A stretch of 63,283 nt of DNA, filler included, from Collodictyon triciliatum (Eukaryota), in assembly GCA_043381765.1 (NCBI GenBank). It is 5 parts of 5 records of this genome, joined end to end, with 100 filler letters (N's around TTAATTAATTAA, not from the genome) between each part and the next. Parts side by side here need not be neighbours in the genome. Positions count along the whole stretch, not along the records: positions 1 to 23,641 come from JBHJMP010000132.1; 4 more parts are not named here. The stretch is one strand, 5' to 3'. This document shows positions 1 to 20,063 of this stretch, one piece after another. Below the pieces are notes generated by a model, which searched no databases, was not told the DNA's origin, and saw only the letters and a list, made by a program, of their open reading frames with translations. Within the stretch, counting starts at the first letter, position 1; every line of letters starts with the position of its first letter. The translations under genes and the position numbers were made by a program.

Positions 1-2337
1 AGTATCGCAATTGCATTTCCAGAGACCGACACATTCGCCATGGTCGTAGCACTTGTCTCGTCCACATTCAAACGAACAGTCGTTTCCCTAGTTATATATA
101 TATAACAGCAGTTGAGATAGGAACAGGGGATAAAAAAATGAGAAGCCTAAATAATCATTGAAGTTTGTGTTGAAGTAGAATATATAGCAGTAACTTACGT
201 AAAAGCCCGCTGCGCATTTGCACGCTCCGTTTTGGCATACTCCTCCGTTTTTGCACACAGAGTCGTCTGTACAGGTCAAAGGCACATATGGGATAATTGC
301 TTCTGATACGGTAACATGTTCACCACCGCAGTTTTGACTGTAAATATTCGCTCCTTTACAAACGTTCACATCAGCACAGCCTTTGTAGTCTTTCCATATG
401 TAATCAGTGGCTCCTCGAACCAAGATTCCGGCAACCATGTTACTGCTTTGATAAAAGACTGCAGAACCAGAGTTTCCGCCAAACGTATCGAGGTCCTAAT
501 AAAGTGTAGAGCCGAAAAGCGCATTATCAGTTAATGCAACCGTAAGAGGCCAGTAAAACAACTATAAACAAGGGGTAATTCACCGAATTCAAATTAAAGA
601 GAAACCCTATTATGAGTATGAGGTGCTTTAATGTATTTACAGAGGGATATGTGTTGTGGTCCTAATAAAAAAAAACTTACTGCTATAAAAAACCACCGCA
701 AAGTATTGAGATTGGTGTATGTTAGGAAAATTGTTGCATCTCCTGCATACTTGCGAGGTAGACCGGTTGGATGTCCAACAACATAAACAGAAGATGACTG
801 CTTCGGCTGCGATAAAAAATTAAAGAAAATTCTTTAATATTGTAGTATATGTTGGGAAATGCGCCTCATGTTTTCATTTTCTTCTTTTGATATAGAGGAA
901 TTTATTTATGTTTGATTAGTTCAAATAAAGTATCATACAGAAGATGGATCAAGAGACAAAGGTGAAATATTTGTGGCATCTCGGTCAAGCTTGACGATTG
1001 CAAAATCTACATAGCCGTCGTAGACTTTTGTATATGATGAACATGTGTAAACCTGTTTGATTGATTTGATAATTCCAGGTAAAGAGGAGCTATGGTGATA
1101 ATATCCTCAAAAATACGCAGTCAGCTTCAATAAAGAGAATAAGACTAATATGGTAATGTTGCTTCCAAGCTTCATTTTCTTGATTTTTTTTGGCTAAGTT
1201 CGGGTTTTGTCATTTTATTTTATTTTTTTTTAAAAAAAAAACCAAGAACAAAAAAAAATAAAATAAAACAAGAACAAGAACAAGAACATATAATCTGCGA
1301 ACCATGCTAGATGAAAACTCTGTCGTAACAGTCGATTCTGTGGTTTTTGCAAAACCGAATATGATATAGCTGTTTGAGCAGTAGTCATCCGACTGCATGC
1401 TTTGTTTTTCGTTCAACAGAATGAATCATATTAATTAATAGGGTTATACCAGATTATAATATTCGAATATAGATGTAAAAACAATTTTTTGTAAAGAATA
1501 TCATGCAAAACGACCAAGGGGTTAAAAGTACTGTAATTGAATGATTATTATTATTTTTTTTTAAAAAAAAAAAAACATACCAATGACCTGCAGTAACGAA
1601 TAAACGAGGAGAGATAAGAAAGCCAGAACAATGTGCTGGGATAATCTTTGGATATGAATTTCATGAAAGTGTTTTAGAAATACAATACTGTGCAAGCCCT
1701 TCAATCTAAATTTTTTTTTTTATCAGTTTCGAGAAAACAAAGCAACATATATTTCATTCATCGGGATTTAATATGGTGTAAAAGAAAGAAAAAGATATCA
1801 GATAACAGAGATGTAATTTGATAATAGGGACTCAAATATTCTAAGTGGACCTGCTCCGAAAATTTTTGATCACTGCAGACCCCATATTGATATAGCGTTT
1901 TTGTATATGTGATTCGGTAGCTTGAGCCACTCTTTTTGACCTATCGATATGTAAAAACGAGTTTGAAACTTCTGTATATTTAGACATCTAAAGTAAGGTA
2001 TGCTTTTCCCCTTTTGCATATGTGGATATATATATATATATGTATGTATATGTATACATAAATATCCATATATTTGTATCCTTGTGTTCCTCTACAATCA
2101 AACACCTCGTTTTTTTATGTCTTTTATCTTTGCTTCTAAAACGGGAACCTTGCTTTTCGATATCAAAGCTGCAGTGGCCGCCCCGTACTTGTGCAGTCCC
2201 GAGTCGGTCGCATATTCATCCTGGCGATTGTCTTGTCCATATACAACCCGAACTTCCTGTTTGTCGATGCAAGAGGCGTTCTGCAGGGCCGCAGATAAGA
2301 ACAAACCGTGGCAAAGAAGCCAAAGCAAGCCCTTCAT
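1..2337 (-). CDS. Secreted trypsin-like (S1) serine protease of bacterial type with C-terminal EGF-like repeats; multi-exon, 3' end runs off the window
   Basis: Stitched exons: signal-peptide-like MKGLLWLLCHGLFLSAALQ..VVYGQDNRQDEY (2337-~2147); CSDQKFSEQ|IIPAHCSGFLISPRLFVTAGHC (catalytic His, ~1580-1645); YVDFAIVKLDR (Asp, ~980-1015); VYVVGHPTGLPRKYAGDA (~735-790); DLDTFGGNSGSAVF..VAGILVRGATDY (Ser, ~400-496); then CKNGGVCQNGACKCAAGFY|GNDCSFECGRDKCYDHGECVGLWKCNCD (EGF-like). Confidence 0.88.
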
Positions 2338-2558
2338 TCTAAATCAACGCTCGAGCCTCCTTTATATGGCGGCAAAGTCTTCTCTGCCAAGCTAGAGCTA
2401 GAAGAAAGAAGTAGGATTTAATGAGAAAAAAAAAAGAAAGAAAAGAGGAAGTGAGGAAGCAGTCATTTTCGCGGGCATAAAAAAAGCCGTGATCGGGAGC
2501 GATGTGTCTCAAGAGGAGGGTGTGTGATCCCTTGCTGGGGTTTTTTTAAGGTGGGTGG

Positions 2559-3478
2559 ATGAGCCTTTGCTTTGGATCTATTCTATTTTCGGAAATAGAT
2601 CGGCGTGTCTTTGTTTTGCTTGTCGTCTGCTTGACACCACAAAGCAAGCCGGGGGAATCGCTGGGAAAGAAGAAGAAAAAAAAATGAAAAGGAAGACAAT
2701 AATTAAAATGAAAAAAAAAAGAACAAAAGAAGAAGAAAAAAGAAAAAGGAAGAAAAAGCAGAAAAGAAGAAGAGAAAAAAGCAGACAAGAAAAAAAGGAG
2801 AGAAAAGAAAAAAGAAAAGAAAAAAGAAAAGAAAAAAGAAAAGAAAAAATAGGAATAAAAAGAAGAAAAGAAAAGAATGCAACGGCGCACCTCCCGCAAC
2901 ACTCAGGCGCCGCATTCCAAAGCGAAGGCAAGATCAGCTTGATGAGCGCGGACTTGTCCCTGTCGCTCCAGACGCCGCTCGGGACGCGCCTGAAAGAGAC
3001 AGCGACCGGCCACGAGCCGCCCCGAAGCATCTACGCGGACGGCCCGCGCTGGCATGGCGACCCGGGAAGCCTGCGAGTCAGCGTGGCTGCGATTGGGCCG
3101 CGCGGACCGGAGCCGTGCTTTGTGGCGGCAGACGCCTTTGCCGCCCGCATGCGGCGCCTTTCAGACACGATCCAGACGCGCTATCTGGTCGCTACCCGGC
3201 CGACAGAAACGGCGTTTGGCCTGGCCTTTGTCTGCCGCCTCTTCCCGCCGCCGCGCTCGCAGCACGAATCAGCCTCGTGCCATCGCGCGAGGATCAACCT
3301 CGGGCGGCCGCTGCTCTGCTCGTTGCCGCACGCCCCGCGCACATACACCTTCCTGGAGCTTTTGGAGGCGGGCTTTGACTCTGTCCGGTGGAGCGGCGGC
3401 TGCTCTCGCGGTGCGGTCGACCTGGTCTTTGCTTTGGATCAGGTGGCCTTTGCGGGTGAGGTCCTGCTGACCGGCTGA
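2559..3478 (+). CDS. Uncharacterised protein, probably two exons (intron ~2605-2907 containing the A/G tract)
   Basis: GC-rich open frame 2908-3478 with clear G/C third-position bias. An upstream exon MSLCFGSILFSEIDR splices in frame via GT..CAG. No recognisable motif; start uncertain. Confidence 0.45.
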
Positions 3479-3810
3479 GGCTGCGGAGTCTGGCGGCTGC
3501 GGGTCCGTGCCTCCTTCCTCGGTGGTTGGGTTTGCCTGGTGGAGGAGTTGGCACTCTGCGCGCTTGATAAACGCGCCTTCGTGCGTGTGGGAAAGAGTGA
3601 AAAAAGTGAAAAGGATGAACCCCCTCTCTTTTCCTTTTCACAATTATCTTTCCTCGTTTCTCTCTTTTTTTTCTTTTTCTTTTTTTCCTTCTTCTTTCCC
3701 TTTTTCTTCCACTTCTTTGTTGCGGCGTCTTTGTCGTTGCCCTTGTGTCGGACTCTGGGATGCCGAATTGATTCATTGGTGTTTGGTCCGCAAGGTATGT
3801 GATGGTGTCA

Positions 3811-10099
<6,289 letters not shown>

Positions 10100-10213
10100 T
10101 GGACACCTGTGCGATCAGCCGGGGGTGGATCAAGACTAGGAACGTATGTTGATTCGACTGAAGAGAGTGGCGTGGGCTTTCAAAACATATAATTTGTTAT
10201 TGATGCTCTGTGA

Positions 10214-10341
10214 TTTTGCTTTTTGCTTTTTGCTTTTTGCTTTTTGCTTTTTGCTTTTTGCTTTTTGCTTTTTGCTTTTTGCTTTTTGCTTTTTGCTTTT
10301 TGCTTTTTGCTTTTTGCTTTTTGCTTTTTGCTTTTTGCTTG
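10214..10341. repeat. (TTTTTGC)n heptamer tandem repeat; same unit recurs at ~60240-60312
   Basis: Directly visible; abuts an N gap. Confidence 0.9.
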
Positions 10342-10759
10342 NNNNNNNNNNNNNNNNNNNNNNNNNNNNNNNNNNNNNNNNNNNNNNNNNNNNNNNNNNN
10401 NNNNNNNNNNNNNNNNNNNNNNNNNNNNNNNNNNNNNNNNNNNNNNNNNNNNNNNNNNNNNNNNNNNNNNNNNNNNNNNNNNNNNNNNNNNNNNNNNNNN
10501 NNNNNNNNNNNNNNNNNNNNNNNNNNNNNNNNNNNNNNNNNNNNNNNNNNNNNNNNNNNNNNNNNNNNNNNNNNNNNNNNNNNNNNNNNNNNNNNNNNNN
10601 NNNNNNNNNNNNNNNNNNNNNNNNNNNNNNNNNNNNNNNNNNNNNNNNNNNNNNNNNNNNNNNNNNNNNNNNNNNNNNNNNNNNNNNNNNNNNNNNNNNN
10701 NNNNNNNNNNNNNNNNNNNNNNNNNNNTTTTTTTTCTTTTCTTTTTCTTTTTTTTTCGT

Positions 10760-10793
<34 letters not shown>

Positions 10794-10795
10794 GT

Positions 10796-13048
10796 TTATG
10801 CTTTCAACGTGTTTTCCACATATTTGGGGTCGATGATGATGCCGGGACCCATCGTGGAGCTGCGAAATTGGTGTTAGACTGATAAAAACTTTTGATATAG
10901 AGGTATGATTGACTTTCCTAAATATGTACGAAAAAATATCATGGCTGGAGTATATATCCAAATACAAGCGCACCTTAGATATACGTTCTTGATGTAACTG
11001 CGTGGAGAGAAGAACAGAAGCGATTGAAAAAGGAAAATTTGATTGTTGTAAGTAAATCGCGAAATAGACATCCTAAAGTAGAAACACATAAAGAGACACA
11101 CAAATGTATACTGTTGTTTTGTGATTTAGTGAATATATATGCATACGATCCTCCACTCTTAGAAACACCGGGTGGCTTCTGCTGGATCAGTTCTTTCAAC
11201 AACACCTAGAATTAGAAAAGAATCTACTTTAGCATATCAACAAATAAACATTATGTATAAATAGAATAAAGAAGAGTTAATAAGATAAAATAAACCGAAG
11301 ACCTGACGATTAACTATTTTCAATCGTACTTTTCACTCGAGCATTCAATCATAGATCAAAATAATACGTTATTTGGCAAACCATGTAAGGTCACAGCATG
11401 AACTTACTCGTATATTTTCCTCGAGCTTTGAATTCGGGAAGCTTCGGCGACCAACGGGAATGCTAATTACACCAGCTTTGTCGGCCTTATAGTTCACCTA
11501 AATGTTTTCATGTGAAAAGATGGATGCTGAATAAATCATGAACGATATATGAACTTGAGAGTCACAGGCACGAATATGAACTGCATAATCTGTTAAACAA
11601 CTGAAAATTGGAAAGATATTCCGTCATTTTTCCCCCCATATGACCTGCCCAGCTTTTGCGAGTCTGACAGCATTTGCAATATCGTTTGACACAGTTCCGT
11701 GCTTCGGGTTGGGCATCAGTCCTTTGGGTCCGAGGATTCTGGCGACCTTTGGGTAGTTCATGAACGAAATAGAAATGAGTATTCCGATATTTCGCTCTGA
11801 TTTTAATATAAAAGCTCATTCAACTAGGAAATATGAGTTTTAGACTATGAAGTGGGATATTTCGGTTATGTATGATTTTACACGGCATCCGCTAACCTTT
11901 CCTATGACTGGCATCATGTCGGGTGTGGCAAGGCAACGATCGACATCAAATTGACCTTGCTGTGTGTAAAGGTACGTGTTCATCAATATTTATGTATTTC
12001 AACAAGTGTCACTACGCAGATATCAATTGCAATCAGAAGACAGATGAGTGAATGATTATATTGTTCTTTTTTTTTTTTTAAAAAAAAAAAAAAGAAGCAT
12101 AATGCACCGATTCCATCACTACTCAGGGATATGTCGATTGATATGGTTGTGAATGACATAATTGTGGGCGTCAGTCGAGCGCTCTGGGCAGAAAGTAAAT
12201 GACAGAAATAGATGATAATCTTTCCCCCGTCCCACCTGAATCATCTGAACAAGGTCCTGGTCCCCAACAATCTCCGCACCAGCATTGCGGGCCTCCTCAG
12301 CCTTCACGCCTCTGGCGAAGACAGCCACTCGGACGGGTTTACCTAAAAAGAAAAATCGAAAAAAAGAAGAAAAAAGAAAAGAAAAGAAGAGAAGAAAAAG
12401 AAAAGAAAAGAAAAGAAAAAGAAAAAAAGAAAAGAAAAGAAAAGAAAAGAAAAGAAAAAGAAAAGAAAAGGAAAAGAAAAAGAAAAGAAAAGGAAAAGAA
12501 AAAGAAAAAGAAAAAGAAAAAGAAAAAGAAAAAGAAAAAGAAAAAGAAAAAGAAAAAGAAAAAAGAAATTAAGGTGAACCCGGCTTCTTTGAATCGAATA
12601 AAGGAAAAAAAATTAAGGTGAACCCGGCTTCATCTGTTGCTTGTTGCGTAAAATACTGGACAGCTATAGTCCAAGTTTTACTCATCCAGCACCAATACAT
12701 AAAGTTTCAATCCAACAGAATAAACACACGGGGGCAAGCGGAGAACAGAGCAGCAAACAAACCTGATCCGTGAGGCAGAACGAGAGTCCCACGAACCATG
12801 TGCTGATTCTTTTTGGTCACGCGCACACAAGTTACGAGAGAAAAAGTTTCGTCGAAGGAGCGCACAGCATAGGCCTTTGAGGCGTGGATTCCCAGCTGCA
12901 GCGGATTCGACGGCTCCAAAGAGTTTGCCGCTGCGTTTGCTGCCGCAGTCGAGGCAGCAGGAATTGTCGAGGCGCTCCGAAGGGCGGTCGGCTGCAGTTG
13001 CAAAGACCACGGGCGCACAAGTAGTTTGCCCCAGGCAGAAAGGCTCAT
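10796..13048 (-). CDS. MRPL1: Bacterial-type ribosomal protein uL1, likely mitochondrial (N-terminal targeting-like extension)
   Basis: Exons give [113 protein letters not shown]..|[18 protein letters not shown]. These are the canonical bacterial/organellar L1 motifs. Confidence 0.92.
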
Positions 13049-13623
13049 TCTGAAGACTGTGTTTATTTTCTCTCTTATTGTTCGTTCTTTTGCCAGGCAA
13101 GAGGCGTTCACAGGTCTCGCCTTCACAAGCCTCTGCGGCCGAGGAAGTCTGCTGGGAGATTTGATGCTGGCCTCACTTGTTGGATTACTTGTGATTAAAA
13201 AATAATATAACAATTCTTCTTAAAAAATATGTACATATGTGGAAGATATTTTTTGCTGTTTTGTGTCCCTTTAAGTTGGGGTGAGTGTCTTGTTCATAGG
13301 GTTGGTTTATGTGGTGGGATTGGCGGATAACTGAGTTTTAAAAGAGAATGAGGAAGGTGGCAGAAGGGGTTTTTTTTTTGCTCTGTAAACACCGATAGAG
13401 AATAGGAAAGGGCTGTCACAAGTGCGAGATGGGCACAATTCTAGTGGTATTGGTAAGAAGGGTATCACTTTTGAGGGGAGTGAGCGTCGAACATGGTGAT
13501 GACTTTCCCTTGATTCATGCTGTATCGCTCAATTTCGTATGTGCGATAAGTTAAAAGAAAAAAAAAGGGAGAAGAGAGAAAAAAAAAGGAAACAGAAGCA
13601 GGGAAAGTAGTGGTGCCGCGCGA

Positions 13624-15309
13624 TTATAGGTGTCCCAGGAGAGCACGGACAGTGAGGACAATCACATCGCGGAAACGGAGGTTAGTAGTTTGCAGGTAGT
13701 TATCGGCAATGCGGAAAATGGTGGCATCCTTGGGTGACAGAAGAACCTAGGTTATGCAGGAAAATTCAAGACATCAACAACCTCACACATACCGACCATA
13801 ATCTGGGATATACAACGAGGCTGGTATTAGATGCCGTTCTTTTGTTTTTGTTTTTTTGAATTAAGGGATTACGTAATTATTTTTTTATATTGGCTAGCAT
13901 TTTAAGCAAAGATATCAACCTGGGCATCATGGCCATAGCTGTTAACAACAATGTCGTCCTTGCGAATCTCAACAATCCCGTTGGAGACGACGATGCTCCA
14001 GCCTTCAGTGATGGGCTCGATGCCAACCTGTTATAATTTCACGAGGTGGAAGTAGTGAGCAGTATAAAGTCCGAAATCACAAGGGACATGGCCTGGGTCG
14101 TGTCGTTGAGAGTATTCCCTTCTTGGAGAGGAAATATATACAGGCGGAATATATGGATGGATCAATTTATGTTTGAGAGTAGGTGATATGTAATATTCAT
14201 AAAATGATTACGTTGGCAACATTGAAGCTAATGCCTCTCTCGCGAGCAGTGCTCACATATTGGTCGACGAGGCGATGGACTTCGGGGTCTGTGTATACAT
14301 GCAAATTGTGTGTTAGAGTACTGGTCATTGAAGCTTAGCAGAATGGAGGAACATCGGGTGATGAATAGAATTGCTAACGATACATGTGAGATTTAAAATA
14401 AAGAAAGGAACATATGACACACTGACCCATAATAAAGTATTGGGGAGGCACATCGACAGCAAGGGGGATGGGCGAGTTCTGTGGGGTAAACTCGAAGCGA
14501 AGTGTTGTGTATAGGTCATCGGCAGTGGGCGCATAGCAGCGTGTAACGGCAGCTAAGAGTGCATAAAGATTTCATTCTAAAAAATATTAAAATAAAAAAG
14601 GATGAAAGTGAGAGGGGGGAAGAATGATAGCATTATTAAAAAAAAATAAATTATCAGAAGGTCGCATTATTCTTTTGAGTACAATAAGTCGACAAGTTCA
14701 TAGAGGCTTCGATGGTGGCATTGCTGTCTCGAAATTATGGGACGAAGTGAGAGGAAGGTTCACGTATTGTACTCAGAGATGAATGGACAGGTAAAACATA
14801 CATGCAATGGGGACGTAGCTCTGCCCAACATAGCGAGTCCATTGATACTTAGCCTCGGTCAGTTGGCTTCCAGTGTTTTTGTCAACAACCGTAGCCAGGA
14901 TTTGGAAGGAATGGTTCGGTCCGCCGTAGAACGAGACAAGGTATTGCTCAGATGCTGAAGAAAGAAAGAAAATAACACAGTATTCAAACAAAAGAAAATA
15001 AGCGGGTTTAAGTTGGAAAGGCTTAGGCCCTTCCTTGTTTGCCTTCTTTTTTTATTCATATTTTCATTTTCTTTTCAGGAGGCGTTTGTCTTTTTTTTTT
15101 TCTACTTCAGCTTGTCGATTGAGACAAAGTTGAGCAGAGACTCAAGCACTCCTTTGAAGAAATAGGGCCCTACCGTTTACTTCGCTGACTGCATTTCCTG
15201 TTCCGACCATTTCTTTGGATGCGTACCGTGCTGGACTAACGAGGGTTGCTCTTGGAGAGGCTCTTCTTGGTCTAAGAATGTTGATTCGTTAGTATTGCCC
15301 CAGAGAAAG
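13624..15309 (-). CDS. Uncharacterised multi-exon protein (5' end unresolved)
   Basis: Chain of GT-AG-bounded open segments of coding-like composition: FLWGNTNES..|GPYFFKGVLESLLNFVSIDKL|..SEQYLVSFYGGPNHSFQILATVVDK..|..TRCYAPTADDLYTTLRFEF..|DPEVHRLVDQYVSTARERGISFNVAN|VGIEPITEGWSIVVSNG..|VLLSPKDATIFRIADNYL..LLGHL*. Not every splice phase resolved; no family recognised. Confidence 0.5.
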
Positions 15310-16832
15310 CTGTATTGTGAAAAGAATGGTGTGACTGGGGTGTGTGTGTGTCCAAAGTGGCACAAAGTTCTCGTGAGCCACGGACAGGTTTTTCTGTCTT
15401 TGGCTAAAGAAAGAGTTGTTGTCTGTTAGAGATCTTTGATTGATGTGCGGGAAACAAGACACAAGGGTGGTATGCAGCTTGGTGGAGTTGAGAACAAAGT
15501 AATGTGGATTGATACTGATCAGAAAGGGACGAGTACAGATACGGCAAGGAAGGTTGTAAGTATGACTTGTGGTTTTTCTCTTTTTTTCTCTTTTTTTTTC
15601 TTTCATTTCTTTAAATCTAATCTGAATGTTATTCAATTGGGCCCGCGGTGATACACGCATGCCTTTCATGACCAGTGTCTATGCAACACGACTTTCATGA
15701 CTCTGATGTTTAAGTATATGTGGGTTTGAATGCGCAACATCTGGCAGCAAAAAACGCGGCGCCTCGAGTGGACGCAGCTGAAACAGCATCACAGACTTTG
15801 TTCCAAACAGAACAATGTTTTGGAACATCACAAGCATGGTTCTTCATGGATAAGAGTAGTTGAGCAGATAGCAGGATCTTATATGTCTGTTATGAATCTT
15901 GCGTGAGATTACTTGACTTATATATATCCTCCAGACAAGAGCAAAAGCAAAAGCAAAAACAAAAATAAAAGCCACGCGTTAGAAGCGCGTACAACAGAGA
16001 TAAAACCACGTCTGTTTCCCATACAAACCGCACACATTCCACGCTGCATTAAATCCGTGGGGATATTCAAGCAAAATACCACCTGGTTTGACATATGCCG
16101 TCTTCGTTTCATTCACGCCACATGGCAATACATCTACACTGGGCTACTTGTCGGCTTCTCGAACGCGAGCACGCATCAGACGGACTGCTACGCCATCCTC
16201 TTCTTCACAGAATATACATGTATGTGTTGTGTCGTGCGTTCGCCTTTTCTTTCTTTCTTGATTGTTGTACCTTTTGTTTTAAGGTATAAAATCCACACGG
16301 CCATGAAATTATTCAGAAGGCAACGCCACAATGGAAACTCTTGACGAAACAAAGCGCAATGTCGGACAAGGCAACCACCGCGTCAACGGCTATACCACGC
16401 TGCTTCCATCACTGTCCATCAGCCAAGGGCGCAAGACCACACTGACGCAATCACAGGACGCAGCTTTCCTTGTGAAGGCAGTCGACGCGGTCGTGACAGT
16501 GTCGTTCCCAAGCAACAAAAGGAAAAGGAAAAGGAAGACGGGTGGATGGGACTGAGTCATGGAAGCAGGTGGATGCAAATGCTCATCACGTCACTGACAG
16601 CCAAGCATCAACGCCTATGCACTTGTTGGCAGGTTCATCACGCGACCTGTCGGAAATCACAGCTCCTCGTTTAGAAGGCAAGCGAGACTCCGCGCCACCA
16701 TCGCCCATCCCGCCTAGGACACATACAGCATGCAAAGCAAACGAGCAATAAAAGCATCCGTTTCGCCTTATTATGCACAAGGTAGAGCGACAGGCTGTCA
16801 TATACCGCAGCCCAAAGCAAGAAGGAAGGAGC

Positions 16833-16958
<126 letters not shown>

Positions 16959-16966
16959 CGCAACCA

Positions 16967-19900
16967 TCACGCAGCAAGAAGCGACGCCCACGGACGATGG
17001 ACGCGGATTGCATGAGGAACAAACGTGCCAAACAGAGCAAGCAGGTCTTGGATGTGCGGCAGAACAGGCGCAAGGCCGAGGGTGCGGGCAGACTCTGCGA
17101 GCGGATGGTCGGGGTCGAGCAGGGTGTCCGTCACCAGACGGCGAAGACGGCGCGACAGCAGACGATACGTGGGGTCGTCTGCGCGGCACGTCTGGCCCAG
17201 CATCTGGCTGAGGAAAGCATCGTCGTCGTCAGCGGCGGGCGCTTCGGAGCAGGCGTCTGTGCGCAGTCGGCCAAGTGCGTCCTTCCACGAGGCGTGCAGG
17301 CGATGCAGCGAGAGGGACGGCGACGTCAGGACGCCAAAGAGCATGCGGCGCAACTCGTCCCAGTCCGCAGGGGCCGGGCGGCAGCGGGACTTTGCCAGGT
17401 GCGCACCCACCGCCTGCAGATGCGTCGCCATCAGCACGCACAGCTGCACCTGATTCTGCGCCTGCTGCATGCGCCGCGTGTCCAGCCGCAGGATGATGCT
17501 GCTGTTGCTGCGTGCTGCTTGCCCGCTTTCCGCCTGCGAGGCTGCCTCGAATGCCCACGCCGTGCACACGTACGAGGAGGCCAGGATGTGCTCGAGCCTG
17601 GGCTCGCGTGGTGACGGCCTGCCTTGGTGCTCCTGCAGAGCCTGCTTGCCCTCCTGCATCCAGCTGGCAAGGTCCTGTGCGACGAGCGGGCGATTTTAAG
17701 CGTGCGTTTGTGTATGTAGTGTGTGCGGTGTGTCGTTCGTTGACTGAGAATCGATACATGGCTATCTCCCTAGTACTTTTGTCTTGCATCTTATTCTTGC
17801 TATTGCACTTTTGGGTTTTTTTTTTGTTTGAAAAAGGTTGTTTGTTAGGGAATGATTTGGCATGTACCTGCCATATTTTGTGCTGGGCATCGGGCGGCTG
17901 TGAGTTAATGAATGATGCGAATTTGTATCGCTCAAACTCCAGTCCGTGGTGTTGCAAGTAGTGTGCTGCGATTTGCAGCTGGCTGTTGATCACGTCGATG
18001 CGGATCTCCTCGATTTTGTCAAAGACATATTCAAATGCTCTGGGAAGGTGGTGCAGAATGACCTAGTAAGTGACAGCACATAAATTCAGACATTGGGTAG
18101 GAGATGCAGCATCATTTCTCTAGCCCTTCGATTGCTCTCAGCTGGTGAAAACCAAAGAAAAAAAGGAATGCATATATGGCCAAGAGAACAATCGGAAGAT
18201 GAACATGATGATTTAAGTTCAATAAAAAAAATATACCAAATGGGGACCCTCAGTCACCTCTGTTTTGGATACGGAAGAGAGAAATGAAGATAGCCACCGC
18301 CTGGGTTTAGCGTCTCATTTTAATATGAACAGTATCACAATCATCGCTGCCGTCCAACACATACATACATACATACATACATACATACATACATACATAC
18401 ATACATACATACATACATACATACATACATACATACATACATACATACATACANNNNNNNNNNNNNNNNNNNNNNNNNNNNNNNNNNNNNNNNNNNNNNN
18501 NNNNNNNNNNNNNNNNNNNNNNNNNNNNNNNNNNNNNNNNNNNNNNNNNNNNNATACATACATACATACATACATACATACATACATACATACATACATA
18601 CATACATACATACATACATACATACATACATACATACATACATACATACATACAAGACACACAAGACACACACATAAATAATAACATTAATAAAAATAAA
18701 GAATGTGTTTTTGTTTTGGGAGAATAGTAAATAGCCCGAACCTGGTTTGGTCTCCGCGGATGGGTGCCTCAAGTTCGAGAATGTACTCGACACAAAAGTG
18801 TACCAGACCTAAAAATACTTCGTTGTCAAAGTTCCCAGAGGTCAATTGCTCGCCTAGTTCTTTCGAATTTAGCCTTTCGTTCAGGCGCTGAAGGAGTGTG
18901 GCTACAATAATTGCAGAATTAATAAGTCTGGGAAATGCATATTTTCATATAATAATGCGTAAGTGATATATCCTAATAAATCCAATGGTCAACAGCTTTG
19001 ATTATAATAAGTGTAAAAATAAAAAAGTTGCCCACGAGATTTCTTTGGTGTTAAAGACGAGAATCCCTCTCTGATTTCTTCAAACATCCTAATTACTCGG
19101 TCATAAATGGGTGGAGAATTAATCAGTTCCTGTTTGATTCCATCCCAAAAGGCCTATGAAAATGTTATCAGAAATAGTTCGCAGGTAGATGGTTGGCAGT
19201 GAATATCACTCACTTTCCTTAATGTATGTGTGTATGTTCAAGTATCTTCTTCATGTGATTTATAGGCAACACATACTCTTTTCATCGTCTCTTTAACTTT
19301 TTTAAATAGCTCGTTTTGGGGCTCGTCCTGAGTGAGTTTGACAGATGGATTCAAGATGACCTATCGATGTCACATAAATAAGAATAAAGAAAACAAGGAT
19401 TTGACAAGAGCGTGTATTCGTTAACTGAAGCGATATCCAAACGTGGATTATCATTTTTAAATCAAAAAAGAAAAATAAAGTGTATTGGTGCTCGTATAAT
19501 TTCTATAGATATTAGGCTGAAAAAAATATACTTCATGAGCCAGCTGTTCCTCTACAATCTTTTCGGCGATATCTCGCTCTTCATGCTCTATGAATGAATT
19601 GAGATGAAACTGGTTATTAATTTGCGTACTATGGTGGTTTAGACAGGTACTTATTGAATTATCACATCACAATTAGTAACGCTTTCATGTGTCAGAGTTA
19701 CTCGAGCAGATTCCTCATAATGCGCTAATGATAAGCAAACCTCCTATATTCTCAGAGTCTTCGTTTTCGGAAGCGTCCAGACGGCTAAATTGATCTTCAA
19801 CCACAAAGCAGGGGAAGAATAAACAAAAACAAACGAGAATGGGAGCAAATAAAGAAAACAATAAATTCTCAAGCTGACAAGAACACAAAGCGACGAAAGG

Positions 19901-20063
19901 ACATGTTCGTATTGGCAAGACCCTGTTGTTTTCACAAACCCTCAAAGTTTCCAGTCAGGATCGAGTGCGTCACGCTTTGTAACTTGGCCAATTTCTCTTC
20001 AATAACCACTGGCGTACGAGGCGCGGCCGAGTCGGATGAAGCAGGGCGAACAGGAGAGTCCAT
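16967..20063 (-). CDS. T-complex protein 11 (TCP11/Sok1) family protein
   Basis: Family motifs across exons: EEQLAHE|VILNP..KVKETMKR|AFWDGIKQELINSPPIYDRVIRMFEEIREG; LEAPIRGD; IEEIRIDVINSQLQ..LQHHGLEFERYKF; C-terminal exon with LRLDTRRMQQAQ. Start approximate. Confidence 0.85.
18360..18653. repeat. (TACA)n microsatellite spanning an N gap, intronic in the TCP11-like gene
   Basis: Directly visible. Other intronic SSRs include (AAG)n ~7481-7578, (AAC)n ~9055-9158, (ATT)n ~26519-26617, 29157-29250, 32984-33077, 39921-40020, 46556-46636, 47074-47166 and (CT)n ~52429-52530. Confidence 0.95.

Noticed and set aside
11140-11209. [12 protein letters not shown] as a D/D (RIIa-like) dimerisation domain for the PKA-R-like gene
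   Set aside because: It splices in frame between LEENIR and YIKNVYLS of ribosomal protein L1 and belongs to that gene.
15700-16760. Possible small gene between the unknown minus-strand gene and TCP11
   Set aside because: Coding-like composition, but I could not build a consistent splice path or recognise a motif on either strand.
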